NCBI GenBank assembly: GCA_976551045.1 | Contig: CDPCPM010000060.1 | Span: 2,170,001 to 2,234,000 of the forward strand | DNA length: 64,000 nucleotides | Direction of reading: 5' to 3' | DNA from: Glaucostegus cemiculus | Taxonomy: Eukaryota | In this document: positions 1-13,330 of the stretch, piece by piece | Layout of the letters: every line of letters starts with the position of its first letter | Numbering within the stretch: position 1 is the first letter of the stretch | Program-made: the position numbers and the translations under genes | The notes under the pieces: generated by a model | Told to the model about the DNA's origin: nothing | The model's input: the letters and a program-made list of their open reading frames with translations, nothing else | Databases searched by the model: none

Positions 1-107
1 TTTTGCTATTTGAAAGTAGTTTACAACATTGCAATTTCAGATTAATTCATATTTTATGTGAAACTACCATTAGTTTTTGACGAACTATATTTTCTGTACT
101 TCCTTGT

Positions 108-420
108 GGCATAGAAGAAGGCTACTTAGCCCTTCATGTCTGTGTCGGCTCAGAGCAATCCGATTTCCTTCACTAATTTTCCCTGAAACCTCCTCATAAC
201 CCCATCAACTCTATCACCCACCTACTGGAGGAGCAACTTATAGTGGCCAATTAAACTATCAATGCCTAATGTCCAAGTGGGAGGAAACCAGAGCACCCAG
301 AGGAAACCCACGTGGTCACAGGGAAAACATGCAAATTCCACACCGACAACACTGGAGGTCACATTGAACCTGGGTCTCTGGATCTTATAGTCAGCAGCTT
401 TACTAACTGCACCACTGTAT
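108..420 (-). mobile_element. tRNA-derived V-SINE (HE1-like)
   Basis: Reverse complement of the V-domain (gggaggaaaccagagcacccagaggaaacccac), B-box (attgaacctggg) and CR1-type tail; similar to several other copies in the window. Confidence 0.8.
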
Positions 421-1739
421 GTCCCATTACAATAAGACAGGGGGCAGTATTAAGCCACGCATTGTAACTGGGAAAATTGTATTAATGAAAGCTTTAATTT
501 TGTTTAATCTCTTTTTAATAATTGAACTATGATCTCACCTTTGTGATTTTATTTTGAGTTATTTTCAGTGATGTTAAATCTTTACACTCTAATACCACAG
601 TCACAAATTTTGGTTCTTCCTAAACTCTTTTTCCTGTACAGTCCCAGTCATCCTATTGCTACTATTTGAAAGTGGCATCTGGTCCCCCACTATCTCAGAT
701 TTTAAATTATCAGTCGTGTGTGTAGCCATTAGAATGGCACTTTGAAGTAATGAGCAACAGTTGACCCTGGTCAGACTTATTGAGAAGGTAGTCATCTAAT
801 CTGATGTAAATTGGTTTCTCCATTATTGAAAAACCCTGAAACATGAAGTATGGTTATGTTATACTAGGCTGGAGCAAAACTACACATTTGCTGCTACATT
901 TGCCCCTGGACAAAATGACGTCTTAACTCCTGTGTCTGCCCTGGAAGAGCTTAGCCACAGATAGCAAATGAACAGGGAAAGAGGTGAAGATGTATTTCAT
1001 TGTGGGATATTATTGGAAATGGCATAAATGATTTAAGGTGGGCACACTACACAAGTTCATTTTCTGCTGTCTAAACTGGATGAATGATATGAATTAGTTA
1101 CAATTAAGCTCTGTCTTGTGGTTCAGAGATTTTACTCATTATGTTTTTCATTATATTCTTTGCTTGTTTTCCATTGTTTTAATCTACTGCCTACACTTGA
1201 AGATTATGTGCTACTTAAAACTTTTTAGATTCTTTACTTTCAACCATGAAACTGGTCAATTTTGATGTTACTCCAACTTAATCTGCCCACTCATTCTTTT
1301 CGCCAAAGGAGTTGACCAACATTTTCCTTTTACTAAGATGATTTTGTTCAGTCATCCATAATATTCTTACTAAATTATGGTGCAGATGGTAATTTGACCC
1401 TTTCTACTTTCTTGGATTCCAACCAGTGAACTTTCAACACATTACTACATGTTTATTAAATATTGAAAGCAATGTAGTACTGACGGAGCTAGAATGATTC
1501 CACAACCAATAGATCAGAAAGCCTTCCAGCCTAATGGATCCAGTGAAGATGGGTGAACAACTGACAGAAAGAGGTGACTTCATAATCTATTCCATCATCA
1601 ATCCTTGAGCTCAAAGACTAGGATGAAATATTCGTAACTTTCTACAGTCAGGTAGAAGTGCCAGGTAGATAAGTTCATCTTGGCTTCACGCTAAAATTTT
1701 TCCCATCTAAAGAAATCAATTTCTACATTGATTCAATCC

Positions 1740-2600
1740 ATATAACATCAAAGAATGGTTGAATGCAATGCATCCTGACAAAGGCTCCAGAAAGAGACAA
1801 GCCTCCAGCCAACCTGTTAAGCTACAATGTTGGTAACTGAGAAAGTTGAAAACTGGGCTAGATCTAATCCAACCAATTACTGTGCCATCAACCTACTTTT
1901 GGTCATTGGCGAAGTGATGCAAGTTGTTGCAACAGCAAATGGAACATTCTCATGAACGACCTGGTCATGGATGTGTGATTTTGGTTTTGCCAGGACCACT
2001 CAGCTCCTGACCTCCTCATGGTCTTAGTCGAAAGATGGGCACAGAATTACAGAGATGAGGTGAGAATTACTGCTCTTAACATCAGGACAGATTTTGACCA
2101 AATATGATATCATGGAGCACTTCTCAATTTGAAATCAATGCAAATCAAAGGGAAACCCTTCCCCTGTGTGAAATTTGAAAGTGGTAAAAAGGTAGACAGT
2201 TGCAGGAAGCAAATCCATTCAATCCAGAACATTACCTTTGGAATTGTTCCTGCTGGTTCTTGGGTCCATCCATCTTAAGCTGCATCGTCAATAATCTTCA
2301 AATTCATCTGCAACAGATAGATTGATGAAGTGAGGTTAAGTCGGTTTATTCCCTCATGTTGGTTTGCCCAGACTCTGCCACAAGTACAGTCTGACTGATA
2401 TGCACTTTAAGATTTGGCTGCCTCTGTACGTTTTGTGACCTTGCTGTTTCTTGCAAGTGGTGTTCAATGTAGAAAAGCTGAGGGAAGGCAGTTGATGGTA
2501 ATCAGGAGTATATTTCCTCATATTTAGAGACTCTGGCTATTGACTGTATGGATTATGCCTGAGTAGTATTCTAACCAGGCTGAAACTTGCCTCCCTCCAA
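1740..2600. mobile_element. Decayed, rearranged CR1/L2-group LINE fragments
   Basis: + strand 1995-2125 reads as degenerate RT (HSAPDLLMVLV...EVRITALNIRTDFDQI); segment after ~2300 appears to be in the opposite orientation. Confidence 0.55.
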
Positions 2601-3329
2601 AAAAACCCACTGTGTATGCATGATAAACTTAATGTTTAAGTATCATAAGGTCATAAATAGCAATGTTTAAACTCTCTAAATATTTAAATTGACTCCTGAT
2701 GGGTTTTGCGGAATGATATTACATCCCAAGCAGTTTGAGACTAATTCTTCACACAGAACTAAAACATATTCTGTCTTATCAATCAACGTAATGCAACTTC
2801 TTTGTTACTGTAAAGTGGGAAACATTTCAAAGTGATGCCATGGTAACAGTGCAAACACATCCTAAAACTAATAAGAATCAGCCTGTAATTTTTTTGGTTT
2901 TATTTGAAGTAATTGTCTTGCACTCACCATCAAAGCCACTGTTGTAAGTGAACCCTTGTTTCTTGTGAACTGAAGAATGACCTTGCGTGCACTTCTATGT
3001 TGTTCTTAAGGAAATGAACAGAAACCTTTTTTATCTTACTAGATATAAAATGGACCATCATGTGATCTCTCAGACCTGCAAAAGCAGAAAAATAAATATT
3101 AGAATACTTAGTCATAACATGATGTTGACTGTACACCACTGAATAGATTTAGAACAGTAACAGAAATCATTTTCAGAGGATTAGAGTAGTTTACAAGGTT
3201 TTATCTTTAGCTCTATAAATAGCAAATGTGACCTTCATTAATTCTCCCTGTAGAACTGGATTAGATCCATAACATAATTAAAATTGAATTTCAGCAAGAA
3301 TGCTGCTTTTTATCTCAGTGATTGACCAC

Positions 3330-4445
3330 CACTTAATCTACCCTGCCAGTTCTGTCAACCTGGCCCCAACAGCAAAGACGACAGAAATGCTGCTACAGAG
3401 AAACTAATATCGAAATTCTCAAGGACACTGCAAATAATGTCCAACTCAATTCAACTACCAGTTGCAATATCCTGATGATGCATGCATATGTGTACACTCT
3501 GAGGTTCAAGCTATTGTTGATTTGTTTACTGAAGCTTACAAGAGGATGGACCTTCTATTGCACATCTGGAAGACTAAATTTCTGCACTAACTTGCCCATG
3601 CCTCATACCACCAACCCCCCCCCGTAATTAAAATCTGTGCTAAGACGATGACGACCATGGATCACTTTCCATATCATGGGGGATATTTCACAGTGAAGTC
3701 AGGCATCAATAACAAAATTCAGTTCTGTAATCAACACATCAGTACAGCCTTCAATAAACTGAGGAAAAGAGTGTTTAAAGATCAAGACTTCAAACACAAC
3801 ATTAGCCTTGTTGTATACCAAACTGCAGTGATTATTGTCCACCTGCATGCTTCAGAGATGTGGACAGCCTACACATCAAAGCACTAACCAAAGCAATATC
3901 ATCAAACTAACTCTACAAAATCCTATTGGCAGGATAGATGAACCAGTGTCAGTGTCTTCTCCCCAGTCAACACCCCTATCTCCAAGGTTTTTATCATGCT
4001 TAAGCAGCCCCAATGGGAGGAGCCACATTGTTTGTATGTCTGTTCGCAAGCAGTCTGAACTCTGTCATGGTAAGGTAATTCCAGGAAAATGGATAAAATG
4101 CCTCACGGACTTTCTCAAAGCCTCCTTGGGGAAAGAAAATGTAACATTCACACCAATTCATGGGACTGCCATGACCATTCAGAATGGAGTAGCACCAATC
4201 AAAATGGAGTAGGACCATTTGGGAAGACCCCGAGAAGTTTGAACCTCTGCAACATGGATGCTATGTATGAACAGAAGAAACTGTGCACAACATCCCGAAT
4301 GATCACTTATCCCATCGATCACATCTGTTCTATCTGCAGCAGTGTCTGTGGAACTTGCAGAAGAATCATCTGCTACTTCAATGTCCACAAAATTGGAGAG
4401 GAAGCAAAGCTGTCTTCAACCCCTAAGGACTGCTTAAGAAGTAAG
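3330..4445 (+). mobile_element. Decayed RTE-clade LINE 3' portion
   Basis: Degenerate YADD (YPDDACICVHSE, ~3468), DHFPY(H)G, STAFNKLRKRVF and ASEMWT motifs in ORFs 3648..3887 etc.; (taagaag)-type tail. Confidence 0.8.
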
Positions 4446-5632
4446 AGACTAAAATAACCACAGAAAAACTGTTGCAACAGTGTTTTGTGCTTCAATCAAA
4501 AACAAATGCATGTTCCTCTCAATTTTGCCACAAATCCCCAGGATTAAAAATGCACAATGTGTGCAAGCTAAATATTGGATTACTTATGACTCTGAGATTA
4601 AAAGTAGTGATGTAGGAAGTTGAAGTATGTTTTCACACTGGTCGCTGACCAATTTAGCACTGTGGTTTCCTGACTTTCAGAAGCCAAGCACTTTGTAATT
4701 ATGTCTATTAACAGCCTTCATTTGCTTAATTTCAACACAAAAGCAGCCAACATTTTGTGTTCCAATTTATCACACAATTATTCATGTCTCTCACTGATCT
4801 TGTTTTGTATGAGATATACATCTATAATAGTAACTGTTATGGTAACTGTTAAAATAACTCAGCAGAATTGGAGAATTAGTGAACAGTCATTCACAATATG
4901 CAATTTTTTCAGAGGTGCATACCACCACTTTTAAATTATCTATTTGGAGGATTGGCAAATATGTTTTTACTGATTCCTTTTGCAGTGTTGGAGCTTATTG
5001 GTTATCATGTCACCAGTGAAACCAATTACAATGCAAATATCATTCCTGACCTTTTGGATACATTTGGAAGATTTATCATGGAATATATTTAACGTTTTAA
5101 ATATATTAAATTACTTCCAATACATTAAGTCGGGACATGGTCCATCTATCAACTACAACTTTAGTAAATCTAGTGGATGGGTCTTCACTAATTACTGAAG
5201 GAAATGTGTTGCATAGAAGCTCATTGTTCCAAACTGCTTTCTCGTGCTATAGCAGACACAGTCTGAAATTTCATTCTTGCTATTCCAGATATCTTTTCCA
5301 CTGATTTTTCAATGCAAGATGTTGATGTTTTTACCTTACAGCTCTTTTTACCTTGCTTCTTTTTCAAACCAGAAAATGGTGTGCAAAATATTGTGCCTTA
5401 AAATTCTTGTTCAATTGACTGCAGAATTGCATCTTAGCAGACCTCAAGATTCTGCTCTAGGGGATAAAAATGGTTTCCATGTAGTAATAATGTGCCCTCA
5501 TGTCATGAGTGTTTCTCTCTCTCATAATGAGATAATGACTCAGGAGTATGAGTTTGTTGACAAGGCATAATTGGATGAATTTTAGGTCCAAGTGTGTACC
5601 GTTGTAATGCGTCTACTAAAACTATTTTGATG

Positions 5633-5760
5633 AAAATCAAAACAAAACTGCAGTTGCTGGAAATCTGAAATAAAAACAGAAAATGCATGAAACACTCTGT
5701 AGTTCATCTAGCATTGTGCAAAGAGAAATCGGTTGCTTCAGGTTGAAGACCTTTCAACAA
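5633..5760 (-). mobile_element. Short Penelope-like pseudo-LTR-derived element, single arm
   Basis: aaaactgcagttgctggaaatctgaaataaaaacagaaaatgc... homologous to copies at 19.5, 26.8, 39.1 and 47.0 kb; degenerate hammerhead core on - strand. Confidence 0.65.
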
Positions 5761-6691
5761 ATTTTTGAGTAAGTTATTAGCTTAGTTTATTTAGAATTTT
5801 TCCACAGTGAATAAATTTGATTTTATTGAATGGATTACATTCACTTAAGAAATAATTAGTATATGTATCTACATTTTTATCTTGTTTAGATTTGTCACTG
5901 TTTTTCCCCTAGTTGGCTCCTGAATTATGATAATGCTATTGGCTGTGAATTGAATTCCAAACTTAGAATCCACTAAATAGATTCAGCTCATCTAACTTAA
6001 TGTGTTTATATGTTACATAATCTGCTGCATACTCAAATTCCTTATTACCTTTGTTCCTACAGATTCCCCTCACACGCAACAAGTACACCATTACATGAAT
6101 GCCTGACCCACCAAATAGCACTTACAGCCATAACTGATGACACACCCTTTTCAGGTCTAAAAGTGGCCAGCCTATCTGAATCACATGCAGATCACCAAGT
6201 TGGTGATCTTCAAACTACCCACATGCCAGTCTCTTGCTAGTGAAACTGGTCTCTTGCTAGGCCATGGTGAGTGATGTATTCTCCAGCCTTTGCAGCAGTG
6301 GGTGATCTTTACTGGCAGCAACCCAACTCCACTGATCTTTCTTGGTGTACCTGGAACTTTGAATGACAGGAGGACTGTGACTGACCCCAAGAAGGAATGG
6401 GATCTCTGGCTCATTCTGGGGGCTGGATGGTGTAATTGGAGAGGAGGCAGAGAGGTACTGTACTGCAAGGCTGTTTTGATAAAAAGAGGAATTTAACCTT
6501 TGTTTACCAAGTCAAAATCCACACTTAAATCTCAATTATCTTATTTGTTGAGGGTGTTAAGGATTCCTCCATTAGATCAGTTAGGGATAACTATTGAAGC
6601 ACAAAAGGCAGATGCTCCAAGAGTTGCAACTCCCAAGCTCCACCATTTCACCTTACTACAGGAACCTAGGGTGAATTCTTCAATCCTCATT

Positions 6692-6950
6692 GTAGTGTAG
6701 CAGTTAGGGTAGTGCTATTACAGTGCCAGTGGCCCGGGTTCAATTCCCGCTGCTGTCTGTAAGGAGTTTGTATGTTCTCCCCGTGTCTGCATGGGTTTCC
6801 AAAGATATACAGGTTAGGAAGTTGTGGGCATGCTATGTTGGCGCTGGAAGCATGACAACACTTGCGGGCTGCCCCCAGAACACTCTACACAAAAGATGTA
6901 TTTCACTGTGTGTTTTGATGTACACGTGACTAATAAAGATATCTTGTCTT
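6692..6950 (+). mobile_element. V-SINE, relatively young subfamily with internal deletion
   Basis: A/B boxes (gggttcaattccc), V-domain start, tail ...gtgactaataaagatatcttgtctt; highly similar to 49785-50073. Confidence 0.85.
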
Positions 6951-8552
6951 GGGAATCAATTGTTAATCATTTTCAACAAACAGCAAATGACATTAGTATC
7001 TTTTATTTAGTTTTTGCTGATAGAGAAAGCACAATGTTACTGTCTTCATCATGAATGAGTTTGGGAGAGTGACTACTAAAAGATGTATTTCCTGTGATTA
7101 GGGAATGCATAATAAAGGTACATCATATGAAAACTGATGCAGTGAGCCCCTTGGATGAATTTATTTTATTTTTATAAAATATAAAATTTATTAAAATCAA
7201 ATATGGCTTTTGTTTTGCTGTAATGCATTCGTAACTTTTTTCAGTTCTTTTGAAATGGTCTGTGGAGGTGAGCATCACTGCTACTCATTTACTCACTTAG
7301 ACATGAAGTTCAGGTAACACAACATTTACGGCAGTTAGTCTTCATCTGAATCTGGTTTTACTGTATAGACAGGTGAGATAATTTTATAAAGTAACAGTGA
7401 CCCCATCAGCTTTAAGGTAACAACCTTGCTCTGCACTTTCACAGCATGAATAGCACATATTTTTTTCTGAATTGACTACACTATTTTTATTTGAGTAATT
7501 GATCCTGACTTTAGAAATATGACAGTGGTTCATAGGAGACTGCAAAGCAAATATTTGAAAACATTGTTATGGAAAGTATTATTTGGTCTAAAGCACTGAA
7601 CACATGATAATAGTTGTACATTGTACACTTGGTCCAAAATTTAGTATCATAATTCAACTAAATTTTGGAAGCAGATTACAATACAGTCACTACCAGATCG
7701 TAATGATAACAAAGAGTAGCAATTTGTAACTGTGTGCCACATTTCAGTATCCCAGATATGTCATCTCAAGGTTTGTGATGTTAAGTATTATTATTCCAGT
7801 AGATGGCATAGTAACACAAGTTTCATCATGCAAGATTATTTAACAATATTCTTTCTGGAGCTGAAATAAATTTCAGAAATCAGAGGACAACAGAAAGCAG
7901 TGAAGGAGAAATTTAAAAGGAATACCAACTGCTTTTTTTAAGTTTGTAAATGGACAATTCCACTGAATAATAGATAGGAACCCCAAGCTCTTGGAACACT
8001 CCAGTGAAACAGATGAGCACATACTGGCATGAGAAGGGTTTGACAGGCAAATCTGTCAATAAGTTTACAGCTGTATTCTTGAGTGACTTTGAAGGACATT
8101 CTTCACAGAAGTGGGGCTGAGAGAGTAATTGGAGATAAATTTATAATCATTTACAGAAAAAATGAAAACTTTATCAGTTTTCAAACTTTACTGGTGACTG
8201 CTTCTGAACTGCGCTTTGGAGCTCTCTATACCGAATCAAAATGGTGTTTGATGTGCTGTTTCACTTTCAGAAAGCTAGACGAATACCATAGTGAATATCA
8301 GGCAGACTCAAGATGATGGTAGACTGCTGCTATTCAAAGATTTCCATTGCACAAGAGGGAGATAAAGAGTAGGGTATGGTTTATGTGCAATACCACCCAA
8401 GAGACTATTAGCTTTATATTTATGGACAAGAAATGCCTTAGGTGGTTCAGAGTGGTTGCATAGGTGAATGTGAAATCCATGCTTCCCCTGCAGTTTTGAT
8501 GATCTTGTAATGCAACTGTTCAATTTAATTTTTATTCCCGATATATGTTATG

Positions 8553-8890
8553 TGGTGGTGCAGCTAATGGAGCATTTGCCTCTCAGGGCCAGAGACTCAA
8601 GTTCAGTCCAGACCTCAGGTGTTGTCTGTGTGGAGTTTGTTATCCTTGCAACTGCTTGGGTATCCTCTGAGTGCTCCAGTTTCCTTCCACATCCCAAATA
8701 CATGTGTGTTGGTAGGTTAATTGGCTTCTGTAAATTGCCCCTAGTGTGGAGGTGAGAATCTGGGGGTGGGGGGGAGTTGAGGAGACTGTGGGGAGAGTAA
8801 AATGGGATTAATGTAAGATTAATATAAAAGGATGGTTGATGGTCACAAACTCAATGGGCCAAAGGGCCTGTTTCTGTGCTATATCTCTAT
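8553..8890 (+). mobile_element. V-SINE (HE1-like) with CR1-type tail
   Basis: gtggtgcagc...gtgtggagtttg...tttccttccacatccc...gggccaaagggcctgtttctgtgct. Confidence 0.85.
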
Positions 8891-9621
8891 GTATGCACAC
8901 CTGCAGGAACTCTTTATCTCCCGGAGTTTTGCATATTGAATGTTGAAGAATATATCACACTCTCTCTCCACCTGTACCTCTCTCTCACAACCAGTTTTGT
9001 GTGTTTTCCTGCTTCCTGTTGACTATTCTCTGTTTTAATCCATTCCCTTCTACTTCCCATTCCCTGATTGTTCCTGTTTTTTTTTACATTTTCCTCTGTC
9101 ATCTCTTCATGTTCAACACTGTTTCCACCTGTGACCCCTTGAACTACATACTCATCATATCCTGCTGCCATCTTGCTGCACTTTCTCTCATTTCACCCTT
9201 AATGCTCATGAACTCCCCATCTCCAACTTGTTTCTACAAATGGCTGCAAACAGGTGTCTCGTTAACAGTCAACCTTGTATCTGTTTTTCTCAAAATGTTC
9301 CTTATTTCCAAATTCTGCTTATTAAAGTTAATCAAGTAAGGATGAAAATAAGGTGATGAAATCTTGTGGCTTCTTGGCATGTCTGCCTCCAATACAAGCA
9401 GGTAAATATCTCAGATAATAGGAAAATTAAAACTGCTTAAAAGTGTGAAAACAGCAAAGATGGATGTAATTGAATTAACTATATTGGAAAGTGACCCAAA
9501 TATCTGCAAGCAAAGTATTTGTTAAGATTACAGAAGTTGAACCAGAAACTCAGAAACAATTGAGGTATTGTGGGCATAACCACTAAATTGTATTTTGAGC
9601 TGGTCTCAGATTTCTTCTTAA

Positions 9622-9816
<195 letters not shown>

Positions 9817-10279
9817 TGATGCAGACATGGAATCCAATATTAAATACAGGCTCCTGGTGATTTTACAATAGAATATCCAACACAAAGCCAATAAATTGAT
9901 TTTATATGTTTGTTGAAATGACTCTATCTTTAATTTTTGTTGAGCAGTGATCCAATAATTCTTTATTATCACTGTTATATTCTAAGAGTTATGCGCTGTG
10001 CATGTAAACCTTTAATTACCACTTCTAATGCACACCCATGAAGTTCCCAATTGGAAGCCATCTATTTTTTCACACAAAAGCAACCACAGAAGCATGAGTT
10101 CTAGTAAAGCTGCAGGCTCTGTGCTACTAATAGAGCTGAGTCATTTGTTACGTTTTGTTGCAATTGCATTTACTAATTGTTTTTCTTGCAAAACACTGCA
10201 AAAAGAAAATGGATAGGATTGAAAGCAAATATACCTTTGAATCTATGTCTTTCATCAGTTGTAGTGTTTCATAAGGACA

Positions 10280-10640
10280 ATAGAAACAGAAACATGAAAA
10301 GACCATGTGGCCCCTCGAACCTGCTTCACCATTCCATGAGATGGCAGCTGATCTTCAATGCTAGTGTTGCATTCCTTTACTAACCCTATATTCCTGAGTG
10401 CCTTATTATCCAAAAATCTAACCAGCACTGTCTGGAATACACTAAGTTTCACAGGCCTCTTGGGTACAGAATTTTAAAGATTCACTAGCCTCTGGGTCAA
10501 GAAATGTCTTCTTATCTCAGTAGCAAAATAAAGGATTGGCGATTCCAAATCTGTGATTCATGGTTCTAGACACTTCAGGCAAGAAAAATATCGTCCCTGC
10601 ATCTACAGTATCAAACCCTGGAAGACGTTTGTATGTTTCT
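10280..10640 (-). mobile_element. CR1 LINE 3' end fragment
   Basis: tagaaacagaaacat...ggcccctcgaacctgc...agattcactagcctctggg, matching other CR1 tails in the window. Confidence 0.7.
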
Positions 10641-10710
10641 GTTTATGGAATTGGAAATAGATACTTGTGACATTTTAAGGGACTACTGATAATTGTTTCT
10701 TTTTTTTCAG

Positions 10711-10735
10711 ATGTTGGAATGATTCCTGTGAAAAG
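10711..10735 (+). CDS. USH1C: USH1C exon 6-equivalent (25 nt microexon)
   Basis: tttttttcag|ATGTTGGAATGATTCCTGTGAAAAG|gtgagt; (H)VGMIPVK(S) vs human HIGLIPVKS; phase 1 to 2. Confidence 0.95.
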
Positions 10736-11372
10736 GTGAGTGGATCTTTTTTTGTTTTTAAATCCAGTAATCTGATGAGTATTAGACTGGACATCCAGAT
10801 CAAGCTGTATACATTGATATATTGTACTGGATAGCTACCGAAATAACTATCTCATTGAGACAGAGCTTAGATTGTAGAAAAAAAAGGTACTATTATACCA
10901 GTAAAGCATAAAAGCAATTAATTTTATTTTTTTTTCCCCTGTTGCTTGCCTTCTGGACCGGAACTTGCTGAGTACAAGTGTCCCTTAATTACTTCTGATA
11001 GGGCTTCATCAACTAACATGCTTGATGTTTGCCAATGCACACTTCTGAATTTTGTAGGTATTTCATGGATTATTTATGATTCAAGGATTACTAATGTCAG
11101 CTTAACTTGGCTCAGGTGGTTTCCCTGTCAAAAAGTTGTGATTTAATCACTATTTATAGACGTGAGCATGTAATCAATGCAAGCACTTGAATCCATTCCA
11201 GGAAATGCAATCTTCCACCACAGTAAAATGTACCATAACAGAAGTTGACAAAAATCTGTATTTTATAGTGTCCTGCCAATGTTAATACTGCCAGAACAAA
11301 TAATATGATGACTTGTTCCTGATTGTGTGAAAGGCGCTATGAGGAAATTGACTCAGAATTCATATATCATTA

Positions 11373-12945
11373 TCTTCTTCTTCTTGGTCAGTTTCTTTGG
11401 GTCTGGGAAAACTTGGTTTCATTGCAATCCTCTGGATACTTAAGGGGTTGATGAGCCAAGTGCAAGGTTCACACAGTCTACATCAGGTAGTACCAATGAT
11501 ACTTGATGTGCAAGGACTGGCTTGCCATGAATGTTGTGCTGTTCTTTTGCTACTTCCACAATGGAAACTTGGTGCTTGGGCCTACCCAGATGCTCCTTCT
11601 ACATTTATGTTCCAGATATTCCCATGAGTTGGTGAGGATGTGTGTTTTCAAGTGGACTTTGAGAACATCTTTGAAGGGTTTTCTCTGTCCTCCTGGAGGT
11701 CTCTTGCTATGCCAGAAATCGGAGAAGAATGGTTGTTTTGAGAGTTTATACTAGTACTTTTTTTCTACAATCCAAGCATGCAGAAGATGTGGCCCTGCTA
11801 TCTAAGTTGATTGAGCAATATCAGAGCTTTCATAATTGGGATGTGAGTTGGGGAGAGAATGCAAGCAATGATTGAACTATGCTGCAATAGCTATGGAGCA
11901 TTTTGCAGAGCCAGTGTTAATGGTAAATTGGTTTATTATTGTCACATCTACTGAAGTACAGTGAAAAACTTTGTCTTGCATGCCATCCATACAGATCATT
12001 TCATCACATCAGTGCATTGAGATAGCACAAGGGAAAAGAACAACAGAACGCAGAATAAAGTGCTGTAGTTACAGAGAAAGTGCAGTGCAGGCAGACAATA
12101 AGGTGCAAGGCCATAATGAGTTAGACTGTGAGGTCAAAAGTCCATCTTATCGTACTAGGGACCTTTCAATAGTTTTATAACAGCGGGATAGAAGCTGTCC
12201 TTGAGCCTGGTATTACGTGCTTTCAAGCTTTTGTATCTTCTGCCCGATGGGAGAGGAGAGAAGACAGAATGTCCAGGGTGGATGAGGTTGTAGATTATGC
12301 TGGCTGCTCTACTGAGGCAGCAAGAAGTGTAGTCAGAGTCCATGGAGGGGAGACTGGATTCCATGATGTGCTGAACTGTGCCCACAACTCTCCACAGTGT
12401 CTTGTGGTCTCAGGCAGAACAGTTGTCATAGCAAGCAGTAAAGCAACTGGATAGGATGCTTTAATTGGTGCATTAAAAAATTAAAAGTTGGTGAGTGTCA
12501 AAAGGGACATGCCAAATTTTGTTAGCCTCCTGAGGAAGTAGAGGTACTGGTGCACTCTCTTGACCATGGCATCTGCACGGTTGGACTAGGACAGGCTATG
12601 GGTGATGTTCACTCCTAGGAATTGAAACTCTCAACCCTCTCGACCTCAGCACTGTTAATGTGACCAGGAGTGTGATACTTCTCTGATGGTTTGAGACAGC
12701 TACTATGATTTATCCATGTCTCCAAAACACACAGGAGGGTGTGGATCACTGCTGCTCAGTAGACTGTGAGCTTAGTTCCAGTTTCCAAGACAATACCTTG
12801 GAAAATGTGAATCACTTTTCATAACTCAGGAGCCGCTTCCCAATAAAGGCAGGCATCATTGACGAAATTCACCAATGTATCCTGTGAGCCAGCACAGCCT
12901 TTGGCTGACTGAAGAAAAATATAAAGATATAAGAAACGGCACTTC
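11373..12945 (-). mobile_element. RTE LINE with inverted 5' segment, interrupted by a Rex1-type LINE
   Basis: (ttc)n tail at 11373; - strand TKLTVY*AAVIHTLLCVLETW at ~12700-12780; + strand ENVNHFS*L...ASTAFG*LKK at ~12800-12920. Confidence 0.7.
11922..12672 (-). mobile_element. Rex1/Babar (L2-related) LINE 3' fragment
   Basis: ORF 12155..12385 has HPGHSVFSPLPSGRRYKSLKARNTRLKDSFYPAVIKLL, the typical C-terminal motif, followed by a 3' UTR ending gtgacaataataaacc. Confidence 0.8.
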
Positions 12946-13114
12946 AAAAATTACTGTGGCTGCAGATTGCTGTGGAATTTACATTCATATAATTACTTTC
13001 ACTGCTTCCAAGTACATCTTACCTATTGAATTGTAATGTGAACAAAAACTGCCATTCTTTAATAAACTCATAATGCTGCAGTTAGGCCATATTTAGGCCC
13101 CTCAAACAGCAATT

Positions 13115-13330
13115 TTCGAGCAGAATAAACTAAGGGATAAATATTAAAAATGGCGCAAAGAGAATTGTTCCTTATAGGTAGTACCGCCGGATTTACTGCA
13201 TCCTGCTGAAAAGGAAAGTAGAATCTCAGAGTGATGGCTCATCTGGAAAATAGCCCCCCTGAGAATAAGACATTCATTTAATATGGAACTCAGATAATAA
13301 ACCTGAATATTTAGTCATGTAATGGGAACA
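13115..13330 (-). mobile_element. Highly decayed Deu-domain SINE remnant (similar remnants at ~15130-15240, ~24000-24100, ~27620-27900)
   Basis: agggataaatatt...ctcatctggaaaatagc and, at 15133, ggaaagacttgcatttat...agccaatgaaatacttt...tagtcactgctgta resemble SacSINE1/AmnSINE1 from memory. Confidence 0.5.

Noticed and set aside
6180-6480. Possible further Myb/SANT-like Harbinger remnant on - strand (QW..VAA)
   Set aside because: Only one weak motif; cannot be supported by eye.
6692-6770. tRNA-like A/B boxes here and in other SINE heads
   Set aside because: These are SINE heads continuing into the V-domain, not tRNA genes.
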